The translations under genes were made by a program, and so were the position numbers. Positions 37,835-48,557 of a stretch of 64,000 nucleotides of DNA are shown here, piece by piece. How positions within the stretch are numbered: the stretch's first letter is position 1; each line of letters begins with the position of its first letter. The stretch lies in assembly GCA_963666985.2 (NCBI GenBank), contig CAXXIA010000002.1, forward strand, positions 448,001 to 512,000. The letters run 5' to 3'. Below the pieces are notes generated by a model. It was not told the origin of the DNA, made no database searches, and saw only the letters and a program-made list of their open reading frames with translations. The stretch comes from Spirochaetia bacterium. Lineage in GTDB: Bacteria; Spirochaetota; Spirochaetia; DSM-2461.

Positions 37835-40522
37835 TTAGCTCAGGCAGACGCCGTCCAGTCCGAACAGGCAGTTTCGGCCGTTATGCTTGGCCAAATACGT
37901 ACGGCCGTCCGCGGCTTTAAAAAGAGATTCCATCGACCGCAGTCGATTTTCGGAATTATGGGCCAGTCCCGCGCTGACTTTAATCGTAATGTTCCGTTCA
38001 ATGGAGAGAGCTCCGAAACCGTCGATCAAATTATCACGGATTCTATTCGTGGAGTAATCTTTGAGCTGAAGGGTTATAAAGGTCTTGATAATTCGTCTGA
38101 ATTCCTCGTCGATTTCGGGGAAAATTTTGTTGTAGAGAATCTTATCCTCAATCTGAGAGGAGATTTCACTGATAATCGTTTCTCCCTTAACGGAAGAATG
38201 CATATCCGAATTATTCCCTTCGGACTGACGATAATGCTTCCAGATATCGATAACATGTTCACGCGGCGTTACGTTCGGTCTCTCAATGAATTCCGACCTG
38301 GAGGCCTGACGGCTCCCGACATCCGGCCTCATCAGCCGATGAAGAAAAGACATAAGGTTAATCTCCATGCCCGCTCCCTCGGAACGGTCGTCGAAGAAAA
38401 AGCTTACAACAAGCGGGCGCTGCGTAATCGCTTTGAAAAGCTTTATCGATACCCCCTCAAATTCACTTGCTTCGGCATTCACCAGATAAAAACAGAATTC
38501 ATCTCCTCCGAATCGTCCCGGAACTCCGAGCTCGGCAAGAGGTGTGGCAAAATCGATCATACGGTTTGCCAGAGATATCAAAAGTTTATCGCCGAAATCA
38601 TGGCTGACGGCATCGTTGAAAATTTTGAAATTGTCCATATCGATGAACATGATTCCGAGCTTCACTCCCGGCTGCATAAAAACTTCATGAAGCAGGGTAT
38701 TGAAATGCTGCCGATTATACAAACCCGTAAGATTGTCGCGCCGTCCCCGCATGTAAGCCAAACCCGATTCCATATTTCCGGCAAGGGTGGCAAAAAGATC
38801 AAAAAAACGGGAATACCTCTCCAGAACCCGGCGGCTGAGCTTCATAACCGAGTCGATATCGTCCATTCCGCCGCGAACCGGAAGACGCCGGTTCAAATTG
38901 GCAAGAACGGCTTTGGGGTTCGTGGTGAGGCATTCGGTCGCCATGAAAAATAAATAGTCTTTCAGATCCGTAATACCCAGTAAAAGAGCTTCCTCATTTA
39001 CACCGTTCCACAGTTCCGTTCCCGTCAGATACTGATCCGGGATTTCCGGATTCAGGGGCTTTTTTCCTATCAGAGGAAGCTTGAAATAAATCAGAACCCT
39101 CCCGCCCGGGATTTCCCGGATAGGAAAGACGACCAACTGCTTGCGAAGAATATCCGCGGGACTCAAAGGCTGTTCCAAAATGGTGTAGAGTCTTTCCTTT
39201 TCATCGTTTCTGGAAAACAGCGCGAGCATGTGGTCCAATTCCCTATCCTCGGAATAGACGAGGACTCCGGAGATTCGGAAAAACTTTTTCATAACGATCA
39301 GTGAATCCGTAACGATGCGGTGAAGGTCCTCTCCGTATTCCAAAGCCCGCAAACGCATGGAATCCAGAAAATACCGCCAGCGGAGATTCCGCAAGGCTTC
39401 TTCACGGCGAATAACAGGCATGATAACGTCGATAAGCTTGCCGACCGTTTCTATGAACAGCTTTACGAAACGATGGGTAAGCAAGTTCTGTCTCGGATCG
39501 ACGTTACCGGCGCTGCGGCTCACCATTCGCATACTTAAAAAAGAGGATTCACCAACCTCGTTCGTTTCGGCCACCCGAAGGGCCACGTCATTAACGGTGA
39601 ATTCCATGCCGCCGGAAGCAACGGGCGGAAATCGTTTCCCTATCTGATCGAACTGTACCGAAGCAAGACCGCTTTCGGTGAAATGAAGCCTCAAAGATCC
39701 TGAGGCTATCAAACCTTCATCTCCGGCGGCCTCGATGCTCACTTCACAGGTTTCGATATCGAAAGGCCGCCATGTATACATAAGCAGCTGTTCTATAATT
39801 TCGAAGAAGCGCCGCGTTCTGTCTTTCTCGTTCATCCACATGGACGGATCGGCATTAAACGAGGCGATGATGTGAAAGTAATTCTGCATCTTTTCCTGCT
39901 GAATCATTTGAAGCTTCTGATCCAGCAGCAGCAGCAGTTCATCGCTCGGAACGCTGCTGAAGTTTATAACGATAAGATCTATTCCCTGACGGAACCAATA
40001 TTCGGTTTTGGAGATTTCATAAAAAGGAAGGTTCCCATCGGAAGCCGTCCCTTTTCCCAATAAGCTCGAAACGAAAAAATCAACGCCTTCCGCTTCGGGC
40101 AAGTCCTCCCAAAGCAAAGATTCGAGGATTCGATACACATCCTTATTGGCCGTGGAACCGAGGCCGATATCAAAATCATCGGCGGAAATATTCCTGAATC
40201 TCCAGGTGAGGATACAACTCTCCTCGGTAAGAGTCCGGCAATACCCCCGATTAATGAGATGCTTCCAGACATTTTCGGCATTCTTTCCGAACAGACGCGA
40301 GGCTTCCTGCCGGGTTATCAATCCGCTGCCGGTTTCCGGCTCGGATTCGGACGGATGGTGTTTAAGAATTTTAAAGCACAGACGTCCTTCGTCGCTTTGG
40401 CGCATCTGAAATTCACGGATATCGGCGACAGCCGGGGATACTCCGACCAGCGAGTCTATTCCATAACTCTGAATAACCTGAGAATTATTTATAACTCTGT
40501 CTTTGCTATCGACTACCCACAT
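37835..40522 (-). CDS. Large GGDEF-domain protein (putative diguanylate cyclase)
   Basis: DNLTGLYNR, IDMDNFKIFND, GRFGGDEF, VSAG, AADGRTYLAKHNGRN; about 590-aa unrecognised N-terminus. Confidence 0.85.
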   Translation of the reverse strand: MWVVDSKDRVINNSQVIQSYGIDSLVGVSPAVADIREFQMRQSDEGRLCFKILKHHPSESEPETGSGLITRQEASRLFGKNAENVWKHLINRGYCRTLTEESCILTWRFRNISADDFDIGLGSTANKDVYRILESLLWEDLPEAEGVDFFVSSLLGKGTASDGNLPFYEISKTEYWFRQGIDLIVINFSSVPSDELLLLLDQKLQMIQQEKMQNYFHIIASFNADPSMWMNEKDRTRRFFEIIEQLLMYTWRPFDIETCEVSIEAAGDEGLIASGSLRLHFTESGLASVQFDQIGKRFPPVASGGMEFTVNDVALRVAETNEVGESSFLSMRMVSRSAGNVDPRQNLLTHRFVKLFIETVGKLIDVIMPVIRREEALRNLRWRYFLDSMRLRALEYGEDLHRIVTDSLIVMKKFFRISGVLVYSEDRELDHMLALFSRNDEKERLYTILEQPLSPADILRKQLVVFPIREIPGGRVLIYFKLPLIGKKPLNPEIPDQYLTGTELWNGVNEEALLLGITDLKDYLFFMATECLTTNPKAVLANLNRRLPVRGGMDDIDSVMKLSRRVLERYSRFFDLFATLAGNMESGLAYMRGRRDNLTGLYNRQHFNTLLHEVFMQPGVKLGIMFIDMDNFKIFNDAVSHDFGDKLLISLANRMIDFATPLAELGVPGRFGGDEFCFYLVNAEASEFEGVSIKLFKAITQRPLVVSFFFDDRSEGAGMEINLMSFLHRLMRPDVGSRQASRSEFIERPNVTPREHVIDIWKHYRQSEGNNSDMHSSVKGETIISEISSQIEDKILYNKIFPEIDEEFRRIIKTFITLQLKDYSTNRIRDNLIDGFGALSIERNITIKVSAGLAHNSENRLRSMESLFKAADGRTYLAKHNGRNCLFGLDGVCLS

Positions 40523-40590
40523 TTGATCCGCATTATAATGTCATCTTTATTTAATTTTCGGCAATGTCCTTCCATTTATCCATATCATAA

Positions 40591-40622
40591 AACAGAGCGG
40601 CCGCATAAACGACCGCTCTGTT
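40591..40622 (-). terminator. Terminator downstream of xylA
   Basis: AACAGAGCGG/CCGCTCTGTT stem with a U-rich tail on the minus strand. Confidence 0.7.
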
Positions 40623-40752
40623 ACTAATCATGGAAAAATACTCCGAAGCGAATCTATGAATCAACGCTTTTGAATCGGAACTCCTCTTATGCGGAGGCAT
40701 GAAGGATTTCGCTTATCGGATGCGGACCGGTTCATGGATTATCGAACTTGCC

Positions 40753-42084
40753 TCATCCAAAGAGATAGCCGTTCACCAGCGATTCGATATATTCCTGTTT
40801 ACCGCTGATTACGGCCGGTTCGCCCTTTTCACCCTTGGCGGCCACTTCCTCAAGAGTGAGTTTGCCCGCTTCAAAAGCCGCTCCGTCGCCGGAGTCCCAG
40901 CTGGAATAACGGGTTTTCACCATCTCTTCGAGCTTTCCGTCATCGAGAATTCGCTGTGCGGTTTCAAGGCCGAGGGCAAAGGCGTCCATTCCGGCGATAT
41001 GGGCCAGGAAAAGATCCTCAAGATCGGTTGAATTCCGCCGCCGTTTGGCATCGAAGTTCAAACCTCCGGTGGTGAAACCGCCCATCTTTAAAATCTCCAG
41101 CATGGCCAGAGTGGTTTGATAGACATCCGTGGGGAACTCGTCGGTGTCCCAGCCGTTCATCAAATCGCCGCGGTTGGCATCGACGCTTCCGAGCAGTCCC
41201 GCGTCTCGGCAAACACGCAAATCATGCACGAAGTCGTGTCCGGCCAATGTGGCATGGTTGGCCTCGATATTGCATTTGAAATCCTTATCCAGGCCGTAAT
41301 GACGAAGAAATCCGATAACGGTTGAAGCGTCAAAGTCATATTGATGCTTGGAAGGCTCCATGGCCTTGGGTTCGATATAGAAGGTACCCGTGAAGCCCTG
41401 CTTGCGGGCATAGTCTCGGGCCATCATGAAGAAACGGGCGATGTGGTCCTGTTCCCTTTTCATATCGGTGTTCCAGAGAGTCTGGTAGCCTTCGCGGCCG
41501 CCCCAGAACGTGTAGCCCCGGCCGCCGAGCTTAATGGTGGCGTCGATGGCGGCTTTTACCTGATGCGCCGCGTGGCCCACCACGGCGAAATCGGGATTGG
41601 AGGCGGCGCCGTTCATATAACGCGGATGGCTGAACATGTTTGCCGTTCCCCAAAGGAGCTTTACGCCGGTGGCTTCCTGCCTTGTCTTGGCCATGTCCGT
41701 AATCGCCATCAGGTTCTTCTCGGACTCGGCCTGAGTGTTTCCCTCGGGAGCGATATCCACATCGTGGAAGCAGTAGAACGGAGCATCGATTTTGGTAAAA
41801 AACTCGAAGGCCGCGTCCAGCTTTTTCTTGGCCTTCGTCATGCCGTCCGCATCGTCCCAGGGATACACCATGGTGGCGTTGCCGAAAGGATCGCCTCCGT
41901 CGCCGCAGAACGAATGCCAGTAAGCGATGGAAAAACGAAGATGATCCTTCATCGTCTTGCCGCCGATTTTTTTGTCGGGATTATAAAATTTAAATGCCAG
42001 AGGGTTATCCGATTTGGAACCTTCATAAGCGATTTTTCCGATACCGGGGAAATATTCCCTTTCGCCGATAAAAATGTCGTTCAT
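40753..42084 (-). CDS. xylA: Xylose isomerase (class II)
   Basis: [50 protein letters not shown]. Confidence 0.97.
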   Translation of the reverse strand: MNDIFIGEREYFPGIGKIAYEGSKSDNPLAFKFYNPDKKIGGKTMKDHLRFSIAYWHSFCGDGGDPFGNATMVYPWDDADGMTKAKKKLDAAFEFFTKIDAPFYCFHDVDIAPEGNTQAESEKNLMAITDMAKTRQEATGVKLLWGTANMFSHPRYMNGAASNPDFAVVGHAAHQVKAAIDATIKLGGRGYTFWGGREGYQTLWNTDMKREQDHIARFFMMARDYARKQGFTGTFYIEPKAMEPSKHQYDFDASTVIGFLRHYGLDKDFKCNIEANHATLAGHDFVHDLRVCRDAGLLGSVDANRGDLMNGWDTDEFPTDVYQTTLAMLEILKMGGFTTGGLNFDAKRRRNSTDLEDLFLAHIAGMDAFALGLETAQRILDDGKLEEMVKTRYSSWDSGDGAAFEAGKLTLEEVAAKGEKGEPAVISGKQEYIESLVNGYLFG

Positions 42085-42304
42085 TATACCTTTCTCCTCA
42101 TTCCAGCCGGGTGTATTTTCATCTGTAATACACCGGATTTCCCGAAGCTCTTCGGATTGTTCTCCGGGTTCCTTAATCCCGAATCGCGCCGATTGCCGCA
42201 TCCGTATAAAGCCGCACCGGCATCGATTCCCGATATCGCATGACCGCTTTTTTACCGCGGTCGAGATTGCTTAAGGCTCTTTAAAAGACCCATCCCGAAA
42301 AAGC

Positions 42305-43786
42305 TCAAACATAAAGAGGCTTAAGCGCTTCCAGCCAATTCAGATAACGGCCGTAAGCATCGTCATAAGCGCGGCGAAGCTTTTCATCGGGCTCACAGGA
42401 AGACACCCCGTCAATTTCAACGTGAGTTCCCACAATGTCGGCAAGCCGGGAGGCGCCTCCGCCGGAGAGCATCCAGTACGCCTGCAGTGCCGCTCCCAGC
42501 GCCGCGGCTTCGGACTGTTTGGGAATAAGAACGGGAACACCCAGAACATCCGCCGCCATCTGCCTCCAGACGGCGCTCTTCGCACCTCCGCCGATCATCC
42601 GGATTTCCCGAACGTCGAAACCCAGTTCCCGAAAACGGTCCAGCCCGATCTTCATTCCGTACACCGCTGATTCCAGCGAGGCCCGGGCGATGTTGGCCTT
42701 CGTGTAGTTCAGCGCGTTCAGGCCCATGATGCCGGCTTTGCCCTTGGGCAGATTGGGAACCCTCTCGCCGTTGAAGAACGGCAGCAGAGTAACGCCTTCG
42801 GCCCCCGCGGGTGCTTCGGCGCCCGCGGCGTCGATTTCCTTCACCGAAAGGCCGAAAAGGTCCCGGGTCAGTTCGGTGGCGACCGTACAGTTCATGGTAC
42901 AGAGAAGCGGCAGCCAGCCGCCCGTGGAAGAGCAGAACGCGGCCAGAATGCCCTCCGGATCGATAATGGGTTTATCGCTGTAGCCGTAAAGGGTACCGCT
43001 GGTGCCCATACTCATGGTTATCACGCCGTCGGTAACGGTACCGGTACCCACGGCTCCCATCATGTTGTCCCCGCCTCCGGAAGAAACCGGGATGCCTTCG
43101 GGTAAACCGGTTAGACCGGCCGCTTCCGGCGTGATGCGGCCGGCCTGCGCATCCGGTGCGATAAGCGGCGGAAGCTTCGAAAGCAGATGGGAATCAATGG
43201 AGGCAATAAGATCTTCCCGCCACACCCTTCGGCGAATATCAAGAAGACCGGTACCGGATGCATCGCCGTATTCCATCACGGCATTCCCGGTAAGCCGATA
43301 ATTCAGGTAGTCGTGAGGAAGCAGAACCCAGCGCATTTTCTCAAAAAGAGCGGCGTCGATCTTTTTAAGCCGAAGGATCTTGCTTGCCGTATATCCGGGT
43401 GCGATGAGGTTCCCCGCATCGGAAAGAAGCTTCTCTTCACCGCCGAAGGCTTCGGTTATCTCCCGGCATTCGGCGGCCGTGGACGTATCACACCAGAGCT
43501 TCACGTTGGAAAGCGGATTTCCCTCTTCATCGATCGGTACAAACCCGTGCTGCTGTCCGGAAATCCCCACGGCTTCCACGGATGCTTTTATCTTCGAATC
43601 GACTTGGTCCAGACATGAAAGAAGCGCGGTTGTCCACCATTCGGCCTTCTGCTCTCTGGTTCCGTCCTCTTCCGCGATGAGTTCATGCTCGGCCGATGCA
43701 ATCGCCCGGACTTTCCGATTTTCGGTATCATAAATAAGGATTTTGGTACTTTGCGTACCGTTGTCTATACCGAGGACGACACTCAT
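42305..43786 (-). CDS. xylB: Xylulokinase
   Basis: LGIDNGTQSTK, SGQQHG, KLWCD, GGDNMM, GTSG, NGERVP; adjacent to xylA. Confidence 0.95.
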   Translation of the reverse strand: MSVVLGIDNGTQSTKILIYDTENRKVRAIASAEHELIAEEDGTREQKAEWWTTALLSCLDQVDSKIKASVEAVGISGQQHGFVPIDEEGNPLSNVKLWCDTSTAAECREITEAFGGEEKLLSDAGNLIAPGYTASKILRLKKIDAALFEKMRWVLLPHDYLNYRLTGNAVMEYGDASGTGLLDIRRRVWREDLIASIDSHLLSKLPPLIAPDAQAGRITPEAAGLTGLPEGIPVSSGGGDNMMGAVGTGTVTDGVITMSMGTSGTLYGYSDKPIIDPEGILAAFCSSTGGWLPLLCTMNCTVATELTRDLFGLSVKEIDAAGAEAPAGAEGVTLLPFFNGERVPNLPKGKAGIMGLNALNYTKANIARASLESAVYGMKIGLDRFRELGFDVREIRMIGGGAKSAVWRQMAADVLGVPVLIPKQSEAAALGAALQAYWMLSGGGASRLADIVGTHVEIDGVSSCEPDEKLRRAYDDAYGRYLNWLEALKPLYV

Positions 43787-43946
43787 AGGCTAAAGCCTCC
43801 CTCTGCGAAGCTGTCCCGAAACGGACATTCCAGAAACAGATATTTATTTTCTTACTCAAATAGCCGCTGTTCAATATAAGGCTAATCCCCGCAGGAGCGG
43901 AAAGTAATAGACAGAAGGTATTTTTGATGCATAAAATTGACCTTAA

Positions 43947-44795
43947 GTGGAAATTAAGATTGAGGACATCGTCTTTGTTTACCGAATGAAGGACGATGAA
44001 GACATAAAATGGCATACCCGTCATCACAGTCACGATGACGGACAGTTCGAACTTCACTATTTTCTCGGCGGAGAGGGGCATTTCCGCGTGGGAGGAACTC
44101 TTCATTCCGTTGAAGCGGGTTCTCTGTTTGCCTCTCCTCCGCGAACCCCGCACGCCGTTGAAGCGCGAAACAAGGAAGATCCCATTTCTTACTATGCCGT
44201 TTTATTCACCGTAGAAGAGGATTCGGACACGGAAGAACTCCGATCCCTTCTTTATCGGTTCTGTTCTCCGCCCCCGAAGAACATCGGCCGGAATTACAGG
44301 TTCTTTTTCGAAGAACTGAAAGAGCGAAGTCTTTCGACTTCGCAAACCCGCCGCAAATCAGCCATGCATCAGCTGATCTCCTTTCTGTATCTTCTCTGCG
44401 ACGGGAATGTTCCCATCGGAGAACCGGGAAACATTCATCTCGAGAAAGCTCTGGATTTGATGCAGGACAAAGTGTACGATCAGCTGAGGCTTCCGGAAGT
44501 AGCCGAAAAACTCGGAATTACCGAATCCTATATGATTCGGCTCTTTCGTAAGAAATTGAACATCACACCGATGAAATATTACACCCGTCTGAAAGTGGAG
44601 GCCGCGGCCGCTCTGCTGGTCGACACGCCTCTGGCGGTTTACGAAATCGCGGATCGACTTCATTTTTACAGTGAATACCATTTCAGCCGCGTGTTTAAGC
44701 ACTACACCGGTTCGGCACCGACTCTGTACCGAAAAGAACAGTATCACAGACGCCGTAAAGGGGAGAGAACAGGGGATGAACATCACATGGATTGA
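43947..44795 (+). CDS. AraC-family regulator (cupin + double HTH), probable xylose regulator
   Basis: HHSHD...FELHY cupin; EIADRLHFYSEYHFSRVFKHYTGSAPTLYR; divergent from xylB. Confidence 0.9.
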   Translation: MEIKIEDIVFVYRMKDDEDIKWHTRHHSHDDGQFELHYFLGGEGHFRVGGTLHSVEAGSLFASPPRTPHAVEARNKEDPISYYAVLFTVEEDSDTEELRSLLYRFCSPPPKNIGRNYRFFFEELKERSLSTSQTRRKSAMHQLISFLYLLCDGNVPIGEPGNIHLEKALDLMQDKVYDQLRLPEVAEKLGITESYMIRLFRKKLNITPMKYYTRLKVEAAAALLVDTPLAVYEIADRLHFYSEYHFSRVFKHYTGSAPTLYRKEQYHRRRKGERTGDEHHMD

Positions 44796-46149
44796 CGCGG
44801 GCGCTCTGGAAGTTACCGACGGAGAGGATAAAAAACTCGGGTTTCCCACGGGAATACCTCCCAGACGCTTCGCATCCGCCGATACCGTCGCCGTTAAGCG
44901 TTACGAAGGGATTCTTCTCAACGCTTCGGGAGAAGCCGAATCCTGGCCGTTATTCCGATTCATCGAACATGAAGGAAGCATCGCGGCCTTGGGTCCCTGG
45001 CAGGAAGGAACGAAACCGTTCGACGCGTCCGAAGCGGACATCGCCGATCTTCTCGAACTGCTTCCCGCACTGCGAATCCTGAAAACTCAAAGTTTCCCCC
45101 TGAACGGACTCTACCTTCCGGCCTTTCGCAGACTTCCCGGCGGCGGATGGCTCGTTTTTCCGCCTCTTTTGGCATCCTTCGCCAGGGAGATCCATCCCGA
45201 AGACAAAAACCACGCCGATTGGGAACTCTGGACCCATCCCGATCTTACCGGTGAAGAAGCCTGGAGCTTTTCCTTGGGAATATTGTCATGGCGAATCCTG
45301 ACGAAAGAAGATCCCTTCGGCGATGAAACGGGAGAATCTCGCCGCGAAAGGATCAGAAAAGGCTTCATTCCTCCCATTGAAACGGAGGTTCCGGCAATTA
45401 ATCCGGAGGCCTCGTTATTTATCCGCTCCGCCTTATGCGGAGGAACGGACGGACGACCGGCACTGGATGATTGGGAACATTTCTTAAAAAAATGGTCGGA
45501 GAACGGTCTTCTTTTGGAACTCTCCGAACCGGAATTGGAACAGCGGCGTTCTCAGGCGCTCCGTAAGGCCGAAGAGTCGAATCGGCGGTTAAGACTCCGC
45601 CGGTGGTTCCGTCGATCGGGATGGAAGCTTATTTCCATAATCGGAGGTATCGCCGCTTTCGCCGCCGTCGTATCGGGGCCGATTAAGCACGCTCTGGAGA
45701 TTCCCGTAACATCGGGCATGCAGCCGCTGGAGGTGGCCGAAGCTTATTACAAGGCCATCGACGATTTGGATTTGGAAACAATGGACGACTGCCTTGCAAA
45801 GAAAGTCGGCAAGGAAGATACGAGGCTTGTGGAAATGGTCTTCGTAACGCATAAAGTCCGTCAAGGTTACGAGCATCTCGGCGATCTCCCCAGGGCATCC
45901 GAATGGCTGGCCGCCGGGAAGCCCGAACTGCAGCAGGGCATCCGACCGTGGGGGATTACGGATCTGCGGCTGACGGAAATGAAAGACGGACGAATCGAGG
46001 CCCGTTATCAGTTATGGGCCCCGCAGGAAACCGCGGAGGGAATGGAGCCCGAGGGGATTCCCAGGACGGACATTCTCACCTTCACCGAAGGCCGAAGATC
46101 CTGGGAAATCAGCGGCATGGAACGCAGTCAGTCCAAAGTGATCGAATAA
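44776..46149 (+). CDS. Hypothetical single-pass membrane protein with degenerate kinase-like N-terminus
   Basis: AWSFSLGILSWRILTKEDPF resembles kinase subdomain IX; central TM segment; no HRD or DFG. Confidence 0.55.
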   Translation: MNITWIDAGALEVTDGEDKKLGFPTGIPPRRFASADTVAVKRYEGILLNASGEAESWPLFRFIEHEGSIAALGPWQEGTKPFDASEADIADLLELLPALRILKTQSFPLNGLYLPAFRRLPGGGWLVFPPLLASFAREIHPEDKNHADWELWTHPDLTGEEAWSFSLGILSWRILTKEDPFGDETGESRRERIRKGFIPPIETEVPAINPEASLFIRSALCGGTDGRPALDDWEHFLKKWSENGLLLELSEPELEQRRSQALRKAEESNRRLRLRRWFRRSGWKLISIIGGIAAFAAVVSGPIKHALEIPVTSGMQPLEVAEAYYKAIDDLDLETMDDCLAKKVGKEDTRLVEMVFVTHKVRQGYEHLGDLPRASEWLAAGKPELQQGIRPWGITDLRLTEMKDGRIEARYQLWAPQETAEGMEPEGIPRTDILTFTEGRRSWEISGMERSQSKVIE

Positions 46150-47087
46150 ATCAGAACGCCGCCGCCCGTGGCGGCGACCGCTCCCCCTACGGACGCCAAT
46201 CCGATGGAGAGATCGGCGGCTTTTTCCGGCATGACGGCCCTGAGGATTCCCGCCAGGGTTATCATACTCAAACCGGCGGTGAACAGAATCTTTCCGCCGC
46301 GCTCGGCTTCCCATTTCTCCGAACCCCGTTCGGGGCCAAGGTTCAATTCTTCGGATACGGCCAATTCATTTTCCGGCCGTTCCCGTCCGACTTCGGCCGC
46401 GGCGGCCGTGAGGAACGGATAATTAAACCAGAAATTTCGGATTTCCTCTTCAATGGCCGTGGACTTCAATTTCGCTTCGGGCGCCGAAGACTTTGTCCGA
46501 ACCATTCTGTCCGCGCCCAGGATAAACGGTTCGGTATTGATTAAATCGGCCTTGCTTACGGTTTCCTGATCAAAATGCAGAACGTCAACCTCGCCGTCAA
46601 AACAATAGACCGCCGTCTGACGCTCCGCTCCCTCTTGAGCGAGATCATAAAAAAGATCGTATCCGAAATCGGTTCCGCGGACTCCGGCAACCGTATCATG
46701 ACCGGTTACCCAAAGACGCGAGCCCCCCGTAATTCTTTCGGCTTTAACCCGGATACGGCCGTAAACGACTTTGAAGACGCTTCCGGAGGACTCATCCAAA
46801 CTCGCAACCGTGAATGTCGTGTTTTCGGCCAGCTTCACGACTCCCCTCGGCCCCGAAAGCAGCTCAATCTCCAGAAAAGTGCCGTCGTCGGTAAGGATGG
46901 TATCGCCCTCGCCGACGGGAAGACCGAGAACATCGTCGACGGCGAGATTATATGAGGTTCGAATCCCATCGGAAACGACGATAAACCCATTCCCGTCGGC
47001 GTATGAAACGACGGCGCCGGAGTCGGCAAAGACCGGACAAATCGCCAGAAACGAAAAAACCACGAAAAACGGCAGTACGGCTTTCAT
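46128..47087 (-). CDS. FecR-domain protein
   Basis: Signal peptide, GDTILT, KLAENT, VAGVRGTDF, CFDGEV; two C-terminal TM segments. Confidence 0.8.
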   Translation of the reverse strand: MKAVLPFFVVFSFLAICPVFADSGAVVSYADGNGFIVVSDGIRTSYNLAVDDVLGLPVGEGDTILTDDGTFLEIELLSGPRGVVKLAENTTFTVASLDESSGSVFKVVYGRIRVKAERITGGSRLWVTGHDTVAGVRGTDFGYDLFYDLAQEGAERQTAVYCFDGEVDVLHFDQETVSKADLINTEPFILGADRMVRTKSSAPEAKLKSTAIEEEIRNFWFNYPFLTAAAAEVGRERPENELAVSEELNLGPERGSEKWEAERGGKILFTAGLSMITLAGILRAVMPEKAADLSIGLASVGGAVAATGGGVLIYSITLD

Positions 47088-47177
47088 ACGTTTATTCTAT
47101 CCCCTGGAAGATCGATTGCCAACGCAAGGCGTGCTGCCTATCATGGTCCCTATGCCTGTTATACAAAGAGTGAAGCC

Positions 47178-48557
47178 GTGATCAAACCGGAATTCAAGAA
47201 AAAAAAGGCTCTGGTAATGGGACTCGGACTGCACGGAGGAGGCGTCGCCACCGCTCGCTACCTTGCGGAATCCGGAGCCGAAGTTACCTGTACCGACTTA
47301 AGAAACGCCCGGGATCTCGCGGATTCCGTCGCGGCCTTAAAAGATCTGAATATCCGCTTCGTCCTGGGAGAACATCGGGAAAAAGACTTCGATGAGGCCG
47401 GTATCATCGTAAAGAATCCGGCCGTACCCTCCGATTCGCCCTGGCTGAAAGGCAGAAAAAACATCGAAACGGATATCTCGCTCTTCCTCAAGGCCGCCGA
47501 ATCCCCCATCCTCTCGGTAACGGGAAGCAAGGGAAAGTCAACGGTTGTTTCGGCGCTTCACCATATAATGAAAAGCCGGTATCCCGGAACACGTCTGGGA
47601 GGGAACATCACCGTAAGTCCCCTTACCTTCCTGAACGAACTCACTCCCAAAGATCCGGTTATCCTGGAACTCTCTTCATGGCAGCTCGCCGATCTGCGCG
47701 GCCGAAAACTTCTCAAATCACGCGTCGCGTGCATTACCAATCTGATGCACGACCATCAAAACAGATACGCGAGCTTTGCCGATTATGAAGCCGATAAAAT
47801 CGTCATCCTGGAAGATTTGGACAAATCGGGATACGCCGTACTGCCGGATAACGCCTACGGCCGGAAATGGTCTTCCCTGACAAAAGGCAGAACCGTGCTG
47901 ATTGCGGAAGAAGCGAATGATGCGGCGCCGAAGGTTTTCTTCACATCGGGAGAAACCGCGGCTTTCAGAGGTGTCGATACCCGGATGGAAAACTCGGTAC
48001 CGGCCGAATTGCAGGTCCCGGGCCGGCCGTTTCGGCTGAACTGCCTCTTCGCGGCGGTTATGGCCGGACTGTTCGGATGTGACGCATCATCCGTCCGCGA
48101 CTCACTGGCGAGCTTTCAAGGAGTTCCCTATCGGATGGAAATGTTTCTCGATACGGGCGGCATCCGCTTCTACGACGATACCGCCGCCACGATTCCCGAT
48201 GCCGCCGCCGCCGCTGTTCTGGCCATGAACAGACCGGTTGTTTTAATAGCGGGAGGCACGGACAAAAGTCTTGATTTCGCTCCCTTCGATGAAGCGGCCC
48301 GTATTCCCAAAGGCATTATTCTTCTGGAAGGAAGCGCCACGGACAAATGGCTGCCTCGGCTGGAACGGCTCAATGCCGCCGTTCTCGGCATCTGCGGAAG
48401 CATGGAAGAAGCGGTCGCCGCGGCCAAGAAAAACCTGACTCCCGGAGATGCCCTTCTTCTTTCCCCGGGTGCCGCGAGCTTCGGACTTTTCCGCCATGAA
48501 TTCGAACGCGGGGATGTTTTTAAAACCGTATGCCGAAAGATGTTCGCTCCGGCATGA
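47178..48557 (+). CDS. murD: UDP-N-acetylmuramoyl-L-alanine--D-glutamate ligase
   Basis: MGLGLHGGG, VTGSKGKST, GGNI, LELSSWQL, DHQNRY, YDDTAAT, LSPGAASF. Confidence 0.95.
   Translation: MIKPEFKKKKALVMGLGLHGGGVATARYLAESGAEVTCTDLRNARDLADSVAALKDLNIRFVLGEHREKDFDEAGIIVKNPAVPSDSPWLKGRKNIETDISLFLKAAESPILSVTGSKGKSTVVSALHHIMKSRYPGTRLGGNITVSPLTFLNELTPKDPVILELSSWQLADLRGRKLLKSRVACITNLMHDHQNRYASFADYEADKIVILEDLDKSGYAVLPDNAYGRKWSSLTKGRTVLIAEEANDAAPKVFFTSGETAAFRGVDTRMENSVPAELQVPGRPFRLNCLFAAVMAGLFGCDASSVRDSLASFQGVPYRMEMFLDTGGIRFYDDTAATIPDAAAAAVLAMNRPVVLIAGGTDKSLDFAPFDEAARIPKGIILLEGSATDKWLPRLERLNAAVLGICGSMEEAVAAAKKNLTPGDALLLSPGAASFGLFRHEFERGDVFKTVCRKMFAPA

Noticed and set aside
37990..38405. GGDEF insertion as an intein
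   Set aside because: No terminal His-Asn followed by Cys/Ser/Thr (it ends ERN-I) and no recognisable splicing blocks
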